From positions 1,364,001-1,428,000 of the forward strand of contig NC_135765.1 in the NCBI RefSeq assembly GCF_052425735.1: a stretch of DNA of 64,000 bases, read 5' to 3'. Positions within the stretch are counted from its first letter, which is position 1. Each line of letters opens with the position of its first letter. This DNA comes from Oculina patagonica (Eukaryota). A model generated the notes under the pieces. It was not told the DNA's origin. It did no database searches and saw nothing but the letters and a program-made list of their open reading frames with translations. Positions 42,001-55,000 of the stretch are shown piece after piece. The translations under genes were made by a program, and so were the position numbers.

Positions 42001-45000
42001 GAGAATATTAATTGTACTAGCCATAGGCCCAATGTATCTAAGGGATCAGAGGTAACTTGTATTTAATCAAAGAAGCACTGAAGATTTTTGCACTCGTGTT
42101 GGTTAAATTCAGTAATAGTTCTTATGAAGTTCTGTTCTGGAGAGATGTTTAACGGTCTCAGTCTAAGTTCACCGACATTTCCTTACTTTATTTTTGCCAT
42201 TGAAGGCTGTATGATATTGTTATTAAAATTACAGAATCTGGTCCATGGTACTTTCATTTGATTATCGCATCTCCGTTCTAATATTTTACTGTATCTTTGA
42301 CTTGCAGGCTCACCAGGCGAGCAAGGAGTATCCGGCCCGATAGGTAATAACTCTTAAGTTTATGTTCCGAAATCCGTACAGTTGTTACATTCTTTAGAAA
42401 AGAAATACATTGTCAAGTGAACAGAATACATTGCCAGCCGCTGTTCCTTGTGTTTGTTTGTTTGCCGTTAAGCGCAGCTTGATATCCTGACTGGAATCAC
42501 AGCGCCCAGTCTATGGTAATTTAATCTGACGTTATTGTCTCTTTTTTAATATTTTAACACTACGTCTAATTCGCTAAAATCGCTAAAATTAGTAGCCGCT
42601 AACAATAGTTACCTTAAGGTATATATTTCCACTAAAACTACAACTTTGAATAACTTAAATTAATGTTTGAGTGGGCAATGTACAACTCCACCTTGGAAAC
42701 CCGGCGTTTACTATCTACCTAAGGGCAAAAGCTATCATAGTAGATAACGAACATTTGCGACAGGTGTCGGTTATTATATATCTGTCAATAACTTTGGATT
42801 CGTAATACCTTTTTTAAAAACATCAAGTTTTTTATCAATGTGATTCAGGTGACCCTGGATATCCTGGTAACAAGGGAGAACCCGGTGAAAAAGGTGAGAA
42901 TATTAATTGTACTAGCCATAGGCCCAATGTATCTAAGGGATCAGAGGTAACTTGTATTAAATCAAAGAAGCACTGGAGATTTTTGCACTTGTAAATAAAA
43001 AAATAATAAAAATAAATATATGTTTATAGTGGTCATGCACTTAGCTTCATATCTCAACGAGATAGCTAGTTTACAGGCATGCCACTGAAACAGAGGAAAC
43101 AAATAATTTTAAATAAACATAAAGAGGTTAAAAATCCCAACTGAAAAAAAAAATCCCAACTAATTCTTATTTAGTTCTGTTCTGGAGAGATGTTTAACGG
43201 TCTCAGTCTAAGTTAATTTTGTTCTCAGCCGAAATATCCTTACTTTATTTTTGCCATTGAAAGCTGTATGATATCGTTATTGAAATTACAGAATCTGGTC
43301 CATGGTACTTTCATTTGATTATCGCATCTCCGTTTTAATATTTTACTGTATCTAGTTCTTATGAAGTTCTGTTCTGGAGAGATGTTTAACGGTCTCAGTC
43401 TAAGTTTACCGACATTTCCTTACTTTATTTTTGCCATTGAAAGCTGTTTGATTTTGTTACTGGAATTTCAGAATCTAGTGCATGGTACTTTCATGTGATT
43501 ATCGCATCTCCGTTCTAATATTTAACTGTATCTTTGACTTGCAGGCGCAGTAGGCTTGCCAGGAGTAACTGGCCCTATAGGTAATCACTTTATAGTTTAT
43601 AATAAAATTGCTAGGCGAGCCAGGAATAATCGGTGCACCCGGCCCTAGAGGTAATGACTCTTTAGTTTATAATAAAATTGCTAAATAAAATTATTAACAA
43701 CAAGAAAATAGACATGAAAATAGACATGTTCCGAAATCCGTGCAGTTGTTGCATTCTCTAGAAAAGAAATACCTTGTCAAGCAAACAAAATACATTGCCA
43801 GCCGCTGTTTCTTGTGTTTGTTTGTTTGCCTTTGTAAGAGAGTGCAGGTTTATATCCTGACTGAAATCTGGAATCACAAAGCCCAGTCTATAGTACTTAC
43901 ATTTCACATTTTTGTCTCTATGTTTGAACATTTTAACACCGCATCTTTGACTTCCAGGAGAGCCAGGATTACCAGGGGAACAAGGCATGCCGGGAATGGT
44001 CGGGGCACCCGGGGCACCCGGCCTTGTTGGCCCCCCAGGTAATGTCTTTAAACAATGGATCTTGCTAGCAGAAGGCTTCCGATGATTTTAAGAAAAAGGA
44101 CAACGTTTTTTAGTTGTGAAAACAGGCTTCAGAGGAATGCACGAATTCATGCTGTGCGGAGTCTTTAACAAACTTGGACTCCGCCGCCAACAAGTTTCAA
44201 GCCAAAATTAAGAAGCTGTCTACATTAACTGGAAGAAGCCTGCTTTAAATCGGCAACTTCACCATGTTTATTTGTCAATCACATTTCAACCTTTTTCTGC
44301 ATGTTTTTTTGCATCTTTCACTTGCTTTTTTGTTGTCGATTAATGTAATTTATTTAATTACGTAAGTAACAACTTCAATCAATAAAACAATCAATCAATT
44401 AATCAATTAATCAATCAAACACTTAATATTTAAGTAACAGTAAGAAGAAAAGCATGAACAACCATTCATTGGGGACACCTATCTAAAGTTCTGTAACGCA
44501 CTAATTAAAAATAGCTACCTATCATTAATTAGAATCTAAACTTTAAAATTATCAGAATAACGTATTTACAATTAAAATTTAAAAAGAAAATGCATCAATG
44601 TAAAATTATTTTCAAAAAAGACTACAAAATTATACCGCTCAAATTATTAAAAAAACTAAAACGCTATTACTAATTTTTTAAAAAAGTATTTAATTCATGT
44701 GCTCTTAAGTATTGTCAAAAACTTGTAAAATATTCCATTACAAAGACCTACAAACAAACAGCTGATGAGAATAAGAGAAATCAAGAAGAGAAATCTTCAA
44801 CACATGCGCGCGCTTCCCATATATGGTCAAAATGTTAACGTTGTCTGTCATCCGTACATAACAGATATCCTGCGATATTCGTAGGTTGCGAAGCTTCGTC
44901 CGAAATCTTGTAAAGCGCTGCATAATTACAGTTTTTCTACCTGCAAAATGTGTTTATGAATAATGGAATGAATAATGAAACAATTATCCTGCTCAATCTT

Positions 45001-47519
45001 ACGGAATATCGTCTGATTTTAGCCAACTCGGCCTACGGCCTCGTCGGCTAAGTATCAGGCGATATTCCGCGCGATTTCGCAGGATAATTGCCAATTAATC
45101 AACTTCAGGATATTGTATCCATTTAATTACAAACAAATTGTTAAAACTAAAATGGTATTATATCAGAAAGGAAAATGAGTATTTTTAGACAAATCCAAAT
45201 TGCAGTCTACATTGTCTAGCCCAAAACGTGTATTGAAAACGAAACCTTCGTAACCAGATTATGATATATCCGTCTACAGGGGGACCTCCAGGTAAAGCAA
45301 CATTCATGTCTCCATATATTTTTTCTATTCGGAGAAGCGGTAACTTATGTCGGTCAGCCCAAGATTTTCTTAAAGATTTTTTTCCATTTCTTATCAAGTT
45401 TTGCCCTGGGGAAAATGTAACGGTCTTAGTGCTAGTTTACCTACTGTTTCTTGTTTTCTTTTTGATTTCGTCATAAGGGTTGCATAGTCTAGACTATTGT
45501 TTTGTTATGTGGTCTCCGTTTTCACATTATACTGCTGTATCTTTGACTTGTAGGATTGGATGGACCCCCGGGGGAACGAGGCGAGCGGGGAATGCCCGGG
45601 GCACACGGCCCTGCTGGCCCGGCTGGACCCCCAGGTAAGGAGTTTATAGTTTAGGAATGAAATTAATGAAGTCCTTAAAGTAGTTTCATTGTTTTACTAT
45701 TCTTTATGTCCACTTTTACACTTGAAACAAAACTGAACAATCAGAACAACGTATGGCGACGTTTTTGTAAACAGACCAATGACATTGAAGCATCGAGACA
45801 ATAATTGTCCTGCAACCTGAAAATTTGAAATCAAGTGAAGACAAATAAAGGTCTGATGTTTTACTTGAATTTGTATACTATATACGTTTCGCCCGTTATT
45901 TTGTACGGCGGAGTTGGATAATAATTTGGGTTATTGCCTTGATTCACAAAGGGGTTGCTTTAACAAGACGTGTTCGGCGCATGGACACAAGTGCTTGCCA
46001 AAGGCATTAGTGGTTCCACGATTTTAACTCGCAGACATACCGCAAACAATTTCCGTTTGGCAGGTTTTGGACAATTTTCTGCTAAACGAACGTTAAGAGT
46101 CCATGGCGGTCCAAGTTTGTTTCTGTTGCCACGCTTAGTCAAGTATCTTAGATCGACAACAAGTGAATTCAGTTTTTTTAATTTGCTAGCGCACAGGACT
46201 TTTTTTATTATTCGGCTACGTTCCAGCGCACGGGACACAAAGCTGTGAACAATAATAACAATAATGCAAAGAACTTAAAGAAATATATTCTCATGAATAT
46301 TCCGTTTGTTGTCGTCGCAGTTTCGGGTGCATACTCTTTACATATATACATAGTTAATGAGGGCAAGGGTCCTGCGCGTCCTTAAGTGTGTGTTTTGTTT
46401 TTCACATAGGATCAGATGGTCATGCGGGATCTGTGGTGAGTTCTACATTAACTTATCCACATATAATTTTCAAAGTCTGTAAATTCAATTTGTAAAGTCT
46501 GTAAATTAAGGTAAATACACGTGTTGTTGTTGTTGTCGTTTACAACTTCCATGTTAAGTATGCCCGACGCTGTTTTATTGATTGATTGATTGATTGACTG
46601 ATTGATTGACTGATTGATTGATTAATTGATTTATTTATATTTTGATATGACAGATCCATGAAAGTATCCACCTGGCTGGCAACGGACAAAAAAGTAAATG
46701 TATTTTACTTTTGTTTGGAAGAGATTCTCTAATCAGCACTTTTTTATGATTTTTATTTACATATGTTTTTTATTTGTCATGTCTTCTAGCGCGTTTTCTA
46801 TACAATGATTCCCACTGTCCCTTTCCAGTTCATGTAGTTGAAGAAAACTGATTTTAAAAATACTTTTTCGCGTTTCGTTGAGGCAAATGACTAACCAGAA
46901 ACTAGGAACATAACGATAGTGCAAAAGCAATGGGGGCTTTTTCTATTAGAAAAAGTAATTTTTATTCGCGGTTGCAGCGAAATTCTCTAAACTGCAGTTT
47001 GTCTGTTCTCTACTTGTCACGCAACGTTTCTTTCTTTTCTACATCGGCACCAAAGCATTGCGTGACACTATTTTCAACGGCCTCAAATGACACCATGTGA
47101 TTTTGTTTGCAGGTAACAGTCAACGTGTAACAAACTGGGCACTAAGGCACAGGGAAGGCAGTATCCTGTACAACCGAGTGACCGGACACATACAGGTGAA
47201 GAAACCAGGCTATTACTTCATATACAGCCAGATGTATTACTCTGATGGTAGCTCAACGTACATGGCTCACGCAACGCTCATCAATGACGAGAAAGTGATG
47301 GGAAGTGTTGGGAGCGTGATTAATTCCAAGAAGTTTTCAGAAACCAAGTATCATGGCGGAGTGTTCTTACTTCGGGAAAACGACACCATCTCAGTTCTCA
47401 TCTCATTCCGGCGTAATTACTACATGACTTCTAAGGAGAGCTTTTTTGGTGCGTTTAGGATTGGAGGTCCAGGAGCACAAGGTATCATACAATGGATGTC
47501 TACCATTCGCCATTATTGA
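33035..47519 (+). CDS. G4: long-collagen TNF superfamily ligand (up to ~474 aa), exons 33035-33226, 33350-33407, 34516-34587, 35859-35912, 36987-37040, 37707-37742, 38271-38315, 38623-38658, (38693-38737), 41954-41998, 42308-42343, 42849-42893, 43545-43580, (43615-43650), 43958-44038, 45554-45634, 46410-46435, 46654-46693, 47113-47481 (donor) or -47519 (stop)
   Basis: MEKKEK start, TM, furin RIRR, CTC, phase 1-1 collagen exons that are all multiples of 9 nt (up to ~81 triplets), IHESIHLAG strand [15 protein letters not shown]...FFGAF. Use of the bracketed exons is uncertain because they follow 34-nt introns. Confidence 0.85.
33714..34095. repeat. Minisatellite, ~37-bp unit x ~10, in G4 intron 2
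   Basis: Unit aaagcaggagtttctatttacgaattaagtaacaaac repeated head to tail with no spacers. Confidence 0.9.
34717..35065 (+). mobile_element. tRNA-derived SINE with an internal 21-bp tandem expansion (x ~9, ~34800-34990)
   Basis: Head cagcgcggccgagtgatttaaggcgctgg..ccgggttcaaatcc; unit gtttgttctcggttgtcccgt; related unexpanded fragments at ~48380-48700. Confidence 0.65.
35290..35760 (+). mobile_element. 5'-truncated LINE (CR1/L2-like) 3' end remnant
   Basis: Translates as LQIPLFRTAAGQRTFTYRAVNLWNSL..SLYSFK, typical of the end of ORF2 in CR1/L2 elements, followed by an AT-rich UTR and a (ttc)n tail. Confidence 0.6.
36612..36850. mobile_element. MITE with TIRs
   Basis: aggcctagtaaaacgag..aacatgtttcc / ggaagcatgttt..ctcgttttgccgggcct. 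Confidence 0.55.
38105..43920 (+). repeat. Three tandem, near-identical intron+collagen-exon units in G4 (~38105-38940, ~41780-42545, ~42680-43920)
   Basis: Each unit starts ctccaccttggaaacccggcgtttactat.., contains a 45-nt G..GY.G.KGEPGEK exon and a 36-nt exon, and has long identical intron stretches. Confidence 0.9.
39284..39745. mobile_element. Non-autonomous element with CCCGGGG...CCCCGGG ends
   Basis: G-run/C-run termini, internal tgtcctaaacagggt subrepeats, flanked by the direct repeat gcatgaaa. Confidence 0.55.
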
Positions 47520-48321
47520 ATAGAACAACAGGATCGTACCTAGGATTTTTAGTCTGCGGGGGCAAACTCCGATAAACTCCGCTGCGCGGGCAAGCTCCAA
47601 TATAGCTACAAGAAATAGCCCAGCAAAATCAAACACTATGTTAGAAATTTAGTTTTCCTGGCAACTGCCCCCGCTAGGTACGGCCCTGAACAATAATATT
47701 GGAGTATACGGGTAGGCTCCGCTCGAAAGAGGTGCCTTTTTCAGGCTGGAAGTCAAAATGAGCCCTCTATTTTTTCGTATTTTTCGATCGAGCGCGCGGT
47801 GAGAACGGCGAGAAAACGTGACGGATTTCATGAGTTGCAGTATAGGAGGGGGTAGGCGAAATGTCATTTAGACATCTTAATGGGCAATTTAAAATAAGTG
47901 TTTAAAGGTCACACAGTTAAAAAGTTTGGAAATGGGATGCAGTATTTCTACTAAAGTTATGTAAAAGGGTACCATTTTCTACGGAAGGTATATGAAAGGA
48001 TTACTTTTTCTGTCATAAATGGTAAATAAAGGGGTAAGGATTTGGACCTCGGGGCAGACTTCCGTATAAAACGTTGTTGCACAATCCCCCGGGGAAAGGT
48101 GTCCTTACACTTGTAAGATTTTTTGGCTTAATATTAAAACACGATGTTGTTGTGTTGTAATGATAGGGAAAGAGATTTTCATCGTTTACAATATGATTAA
48201 CTATTTTCTAGGAAGTAAAAGCATCACAACTTTTGTTTATATCACGTCGTACAAATCGGCATTGTTTGCTTACGTTTTACGCTTACTATATTTAATTGTG
48301 TATCTTTTAACTTTTTTCTAG

Positions 48322-48347
48322 ATTAAAGAGTGACACCGCCATCATCG
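48322..48347 (+). pseudogene. Vestigial 26-nt THD-THD linker exon of G4 with an in-frame TAA
   Basis: cttttttctag|ATTAAAGAGTGACACCGCCATCATCG|gtaagaa has the same length, phases and ATCG|gtaagaa end as the G5 linker exon 57727-57752. Spliced from the 47481 donor it reads GAT TAA. Confidence 0.55.
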
Positions 48348-49769
48348 GTAAGAACTTATTTTTTAAATTGTTTCAAAAGAGGCAGCGCGGCCGAGCGGTG
48401 TTGGGCGCTGGTGCTTATATATCTGGCAATCCGCTGGAGTTGCAGACTTATTGTATTTCTTTTAGGTTTTTAATTAATTCGATATAAGGCGCATTTGATT
48501 ACATCCATATTTTAATTTTCGCCGAACAAGCATTTAATTATTATAACATTAATATTATTACTTGTAATCCGGATTTCCCGGGTTTAAATCCTGCTTCCTG
48601 CGGCTGCCACTGGATGGATGCTTGTCCCGAATTCAACTCCTCCATACTTTGTATTTAGCCAACTGATCAGCCTCCTGCCAGTTGGGATTTTTAAATATGT
48701 AATATTTGTTTCATATACACGGCCCCACAAACTTCTAGCTTTGAACACAACCGTAAATAAAAGTATTTTACTTTACAGGTGCAGTCTAAGAACTGAATGC
48801 AGCATTGTCTTAGATGGATGATTACTGTTTGCATTAACTCATGGATTTAGACCTCACCTCACTGTATTGATTTGATTCCAGTGTGTATCCTGATGAATCG
48901 CGCTGATTGGTTCACAAGTTACGATGACCCGGATGATGAAAGATTCCACTTCAGCTTTTACTCTTAAAATAGAAAAAAAAAATGTTTGATTTGAGAACTG
49001 AACCACAGTTGATTTGATTATTGTGTACTGAAAAATATTATAATAGAACGTTTATAAGACAGTTTTCATATCTTTAACTGAGCGTATTTAAGTTAGTTAG
49101 ATCAAAGAGTTAACGCTGCAGTTTATATATCTGAATCATTCATTCAAATTCAATTTAGTAATACAACAAAAAAAGTATAAAAGACATCTTAGTTTTGGGG
49201 TTTTATTCTAGCGTTGTTTGAGGTCCTATCTCAGATTATGTTGTTGTTGTTATCTTAACGATTTGCGTCATTTTTCTCAGTATCAGCGGAAATGTTTTAA
49301 TCGGTTTTGAACTAAATTAAAGGAGGTAACGTTTGATTGACTTTTGTTTGTTTCATTAGCCTATGAGAAGCCTTGAAGAAATACGCGTGCCATTTTCTGA
49401 TTGGGTAATAATTGCCTTATTTGCCAGGTTCTTGAAGAAATTGTAGTTCTCCAATCAGAAAAGAGCACGTGTATTCAAACACTGTCACTTCAGATGGTAA
49501 TCATAAATACATATTAATTAAGGGAGCCACTGACAGCAATTGCGAAAGTCGTCGGTTTTTTTGGTGCGCGTTTACTCCAACCAGTGAGTTGGAGATCTCG
49601 CGATTAACTACTGGCGTTTTGAAGAGAACAGTTCACTTTTGGTTGCCGTCTGTGACTCCAAACCTGCAGTTCTGAATGAGGTGGATACTAACAGTAACTA
49701 AGCTAATCTAACTGTCGATTGGACAATACAAATCCATACCTTTTGTATTTCTTACTTTTTAGATTCGAA

Positions 49770-50062
49770 GGGTTACCCCTAGCAGTAAATTCGCCGGTAC
49801 CCATCTGTACACCTGGGTGGAGAGAGGCACTGTGAGAGTAAAGTGTCTCGCCCAAGAACACAACGCAGCGCCCCGGGCCAGGGCTTGAACCTGGGCTGTT
49901 CGACTCGGAGTCTTGACGACTAGGTCACCGCGCCTCCCTGCGATGGACTAGCATCCCGTCCAGGAGGGAATTGCAATACTCCTGGTCGCTTAATGCTACG
50001 GAAACCGGGATAAGCTCCGGCTGCATGGGCCACTTGGCTCGGACACAGACTTTACCTTTACC
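49770..50062. mobile_element. SINE copy with an inverted 5' half
   Basis: Same family as 54400-55357: 5' half on -, 3' half on + ending in (tttacc)n. Confidence 0.6.
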
Positions 50063-51957
50063 TTGACTTTTTAGATGAGTTTTTATTGCAAAATCTTAAC
50101 TTAATCCTTGTTCTTAGCCCAATATGAATTGGTGGTTGCTGTTTTGAACTCGCTCGCCTTGTGCCGCTCAAACTCATCCATAATCCAATCCTCGTGTTCC
50201 TAAAAAACAAAACATCCAATAACAATGTATTTGATATCACGAAGAAGTAGACCTGAAACTCAACACTTATCTGCTCATATCAACATTTCGCAGGACTAAG
50301 TGCTGTATTCTCACTGCCTGCTTGCTTGGGATTATAAAGGAAAAGAATTCAATGGAATAATAATCAGCATTCTTTTCAGTTTAAAGCTGCTGATATTCTC
50401 AGTTAGTGGCATTCGAAGGCTTCTCAGGATTAGAGAGGCCCTGCCAGGGTAAATTCCGAGAAGCGACATGGCCCAAAAAAGTAGCGACAGCACATAAAAT
50501 AAAAAATCGCGACAAACGACAACCCTTTTGGGAAAACTTAAATTCTGACAACGACAAGCAATTTTCCTACAATTTTACTACCGACAGCGACGTGGGACAT
50601 TTTTAAATTTAGACAAGCGACACGGGATCCCTCTCATTATATAAGAGACGCCAATCATTACTTTTCTGTTAACTGTGAAACACACCCCAAATACAAATGA
50701 AACAGTCGCATGAAACTGGTAGAAGAACATTTCTACAAACAGTTTGTGTGCCTAAAGTGCCAAAAAAAAGTTGTCACCAATATCCTATGGTAAAGGAAAC
50801 GATGAGCTGTAGAACACTGAATGATAACACAAATCCAATGCACACTTCTCTACTTTACGCCTGCGCGCAAGAGCCCCGAAATCGACCTTTGTAAATCTGC
50901 AGAAGCAGGACACTTTCTTTTCTTCAGTCGTGCGCAAGTTAACCAAATAAAACACGGAAATATTGTTTTTCTACCTGAGGAGTATAAAGCCTTAACACAT
51001 CACTCAGAGAATGCTGTGACGCACTGAAAGGTACATCCTTCTGCGTTTACTAATTAGTATTTTTTTTTTCTTATTAAATCCTGTCTTGTATTTATTCTCA
51101 TCGTTTCAAAAATCGTTTCAGTTTGCTCATAGATGTTGCTGTTAGAATTGAGACAAACGAACAGCAAAGGTATCGTAAGCAGACAACTTGATCCCGTGTC
51201 TTTCCTTAACATGCACCAGTACCCCTTATTTTAAATCTTCGCGTCTCCGCCCTAGAGGGAGGGCTAGGGTACCATACAATCTGCTAACACAACACAACTA
51301 TAAAGTGGGCAATTATTTTATACACTTTTGACATGGGGATAGTCTTCGAAGATTCAACTTCTTAAAGTAGCCTTTGTGTGTTTATTTGCACACGCTTATA
51401 TTTTTAAGGTTGGAGAGACCTTCAGCGGATAAAATGTCAGAAAGAAAAGTAAAATTGATCTGTCTAGGTCATAAGTACAATTACTAAGCTGACGTTATCT
51501 ACTCAGCGCTTTCGCTATATTTGGATTGGTTCTGAAGGAGACTATACTTTGTTTCGTTCATCTGTGACTTGGAATCATGGAAAGAGGATTTTAATTGTCA
51601 TCTGATTATGATTTAAAATGGAAGAAGGTTGGGCTCCTATCTCTGACAGCCGCTGCGCCAAACTTTAAAATACGTCCCATGATCACATTTCCGCCCAACA
51701 TAAATGCGAACTTTTGATTTTCCAGTTAATTTTTTTTTGCATAGTCAGAAAATATAGTACATTCTACACGCGACGTTTAGTTGCTCTGTATCAATATCGC
51801 GATAATGTCTTGTCATCCAAGCTGATACGGAACGTTTTGGCGAACTCCTGGCTTGTGGGGAGTGAAGCCGCCGTGTAACGCTATCACGCCACTGTAAAGC
51901 TGTCACGTTATTGGTATTTGGCTTAGCGCCAGGTGATTGTTTCTGTCAGTTCTTGTT

Positions 51958-51974
51958 TTCCGGGAATTTTCCCC
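51958..51974 (+). promoter_or_regulatory. Overlapping putative STAT (TTCCGGGAA) and NF-kB (GGGAATTTTCCCC) sites upstream of G5
   Basis: Direct motif match about 70-80 bp upstream of the ATG. Confidence 0.5.
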
Positions 51975-52040
51975 GCGCACAGTTTCAGTCTTGCCATCAT
52001 TGTCTGTTCTTGAATCTGTCGTGGTCCTGTTTCAAGAAGC

Positions 52041-55000
52041 ATGGAAAAGAAAGAAAAGCAAAGCGGAGGGCAATTGCTTCCTGTTTTACTTGTTTGTATG
52101 TTGTTAGCTTGCGCGGGTCTTGTGTTTGCTATTTACACACACAGAGAACTCAGCTGGCTCAAAACCCAAATCCGTGAGCACGAGAAGCTCATACAGACCT
52201 TACAGCTCGGTAACAATGCTCGAGATATCCAGGTAGAAGACTCATTTTCCTGTTTGCATATTTCTGTAATTCAGTGAAAAGGTTTTGTTATTACGGAACT
52301 GTGCATCGTTTTTTATCAGTTTTGTTTATGTTTCGATTTCAGAGATCAGAGGCAGTTCGTGTCCGGAGAAGCGCTCAAGATTCTTGTACTTGCGTTGGTT
52401 AGTGCCCTGCTGTGTCTCAAATTTTTCTGTAGTAACAGTTTAGTATTCTATAGTAGTAGTTCTGTTTTTAGAGACATAATTTTGACAGACTCAGTTATCT
52501 GTCAAGTTTTATAAGTTGACAATTTATAGCCCTATCCAAGCCCTTAATCGATATCATGGGTTATTGCGTTTGACGTAAGAAGAACGCAACCTAATCCTGT
52601 CATTGCGTTCAATCACCGCTAGTATGTAAAGCCTCTGTAAAGGACCAAAACAAGTCCACATGGACCGCAGGAGGGGTGGGTGGGGATGGAGCTGTTCCCT
52701 CCTTTATCACAATTCGCTCATCCTCGGGATATTGTCGGCCCTCCAAGCTTCAGGCAAGCGTGTTCTTCACCGTCCGTAACCTGTTGTCTGTTTGCCATAA
52801 GGTGCTGGTTAATTTCACAGACATATGTGCAGTCTTGTCTGCATTCAATTTGTTCTATTTACTTCATCATTGACTTCTAGGAGCCCCAGGGAGACCGGGT
52901 CGGAGAGGGGAGCCTGGAAAACCCGGTCCTATCGGCCCCGCTGGCATTCAAGGTAAATATGCTGAAAATAATCACAGCGAACAACGTTCTTCTTACTTAC
53001 GTACAATTGTCTCATTGTTCTTCATTACACTTTTAAAAGAAATTATATTCCTCCGTTGATTATACATGGTCGAGCATAAACTTCATGAAGCTGCCATGAA
53101 ATATCATCATTTCATCATTTATTAGCCACTTTAAGATTGAAATATACAGAAAGAAACACCAATCTTATAGCCAAACTGTTTGAACCAAACTGTTTGAAAA
53201 AAAATAAAATTACATCACTTAGTAAGAAAAATTGGTGTTTATAGCTTGAGTGGACTGAGATAGGTTAAATTCAGATCGCAAAGGAATGTTGAGCCACAAC
53301 ACAGTGCAGTCTACATTTGATTAAAACTGATTATTACTTATCCAGTTAAATTTAGCCTTGACGTAATTGTGGTTAGCAATAAACATCCAGATTTTTTCAT
53401 CAATTTGATTTAGGTTTACCCGGACCAGTTGGTGTTCCAGGGCCGCAAGGCATCAAGGGAGACCGCGGGGATAGCGGTCCGCAGGGAGCCATGGGAAAGC
53501 CAGGTAAGATAGAGGCAACTCGTTCATACATTGTCTTTTAATTTTTCCACGCACGTAAACGCACGTATGTCTCACCGCGTTTTGGAGAAAATAACGCGTC
53601 AGTAGAAATCCACCTTAAGAAAAACAGGCGAAAACGCAAAAGGGTGGACCTGCGCCAGTCATCAGAATCCACTCTGTACTTAGTACCATGTTTGCGCCAG
53701 ATCCAGCCAAGAGAATAGCAAGAACTGGCGAATCTTCTGGAGCGCGCGTGAAGATCTCCGGCATGAGACTCATCACCGTACCACACACAAGACAACAACC
53801 GATAAATTCAGATTGAACACACACCTCGTTTCTGTCTTAAATTAAGTGATCTCCCTTGCACGCATCCCCGAATCAGGAGATAAATAATCACCGTTTCCTA
53901 GTCATATTTAAAGAGTTACACCAACTTTTTAAACGACCGTAAACATAAAATGTAGTATACGTTAAATATTACACAGGAACATTTATTAAACGTTATTTTA
54001 ATTATCAATAGGACCACCTGGCGTTACAGGATCTGCGGTGAGTAGTATAGTACAGTACAATTGCTGATCAAAACACATAATTATTCTCTTAAAAAAATCC
54101 CCTGTTGCGCACGTTAAAGCTGCCTTTTTTGTCTTTCAGATCCAAGAAAGTATCCACCTGGTTGGCAATGGACAACGAATAAGTAATGTTATTTGGGTTT
54201 TTTTTTTTGGTGTTTACTTTATTGGCTTTTTCTTATAACGGCGTATATAGAGACACCCATTCTTCCAAATGGGTGTTCGAAATGCTGTTAAAAAATTGAC
54301 ATTTGTTTACCCTCGGTAAATGATTTTGGCACAAGTGCTAATGGGCTGAGCATTTAAACATTAGAAACAAAAATTACAACTTAAAGGAGAAGCCTCGAGC
54401 CAAGTGGCCCATACTTGACGGAGCTTATCCCGGTTTCTGTAGCATTAAGCGGCTAGGAATTATACTACTCCCTCCTGAATGGGATGTAGTCCATCGCGCC
54501 TCGTCCATCGCAGGGTTACCCCACACAGCGGTCAAACGCAGCGCGCGTGCGCAGTTACTGTGCAATTCCCGCCAAACTTCTCCATACAAAGTCTTAAATT
54601 TTCCGAAAACTTTCGCTTTAATGCCAAAAGTTAACGCCGTCCCTGGAAAGTTAAGGTTTATACGCCGCTTATGGATTGGAAATTTGATAATTCATCTCCA
54701 CTGAGTGTCCCAGCTTGAACTGTTCTTTCACCGTACCATTTCTTTAACAATTTCCTACAAAAGTTTGCACACTTTCGAGACAAATTCTCAGAAAAGTTCG
54801 AGGCGCCGAAAACCGGAGGTGACGTCATTTTTGCGTTTGACCGCTGTGTGGGGTTACCCCCAGCATTATGTCGCCGGTACCCTTCACAGCGGTCATACGC
54901 AAAAATTGACGTCACATCCGGTCTTCACCGCCTCGAACTTTTGACTCGAAAGTGGGCAATTTTTTGTGAGAAATTGTTAAAGAAATAGTACGGTGAAAGA

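Noticed and set aside
45280-45291. Possible 12-nt GGPP microexon in G4
   Set aside because: Not a multiple of 9 nt, so it would break the Gly-X-Y register; weak pyrimidine tract
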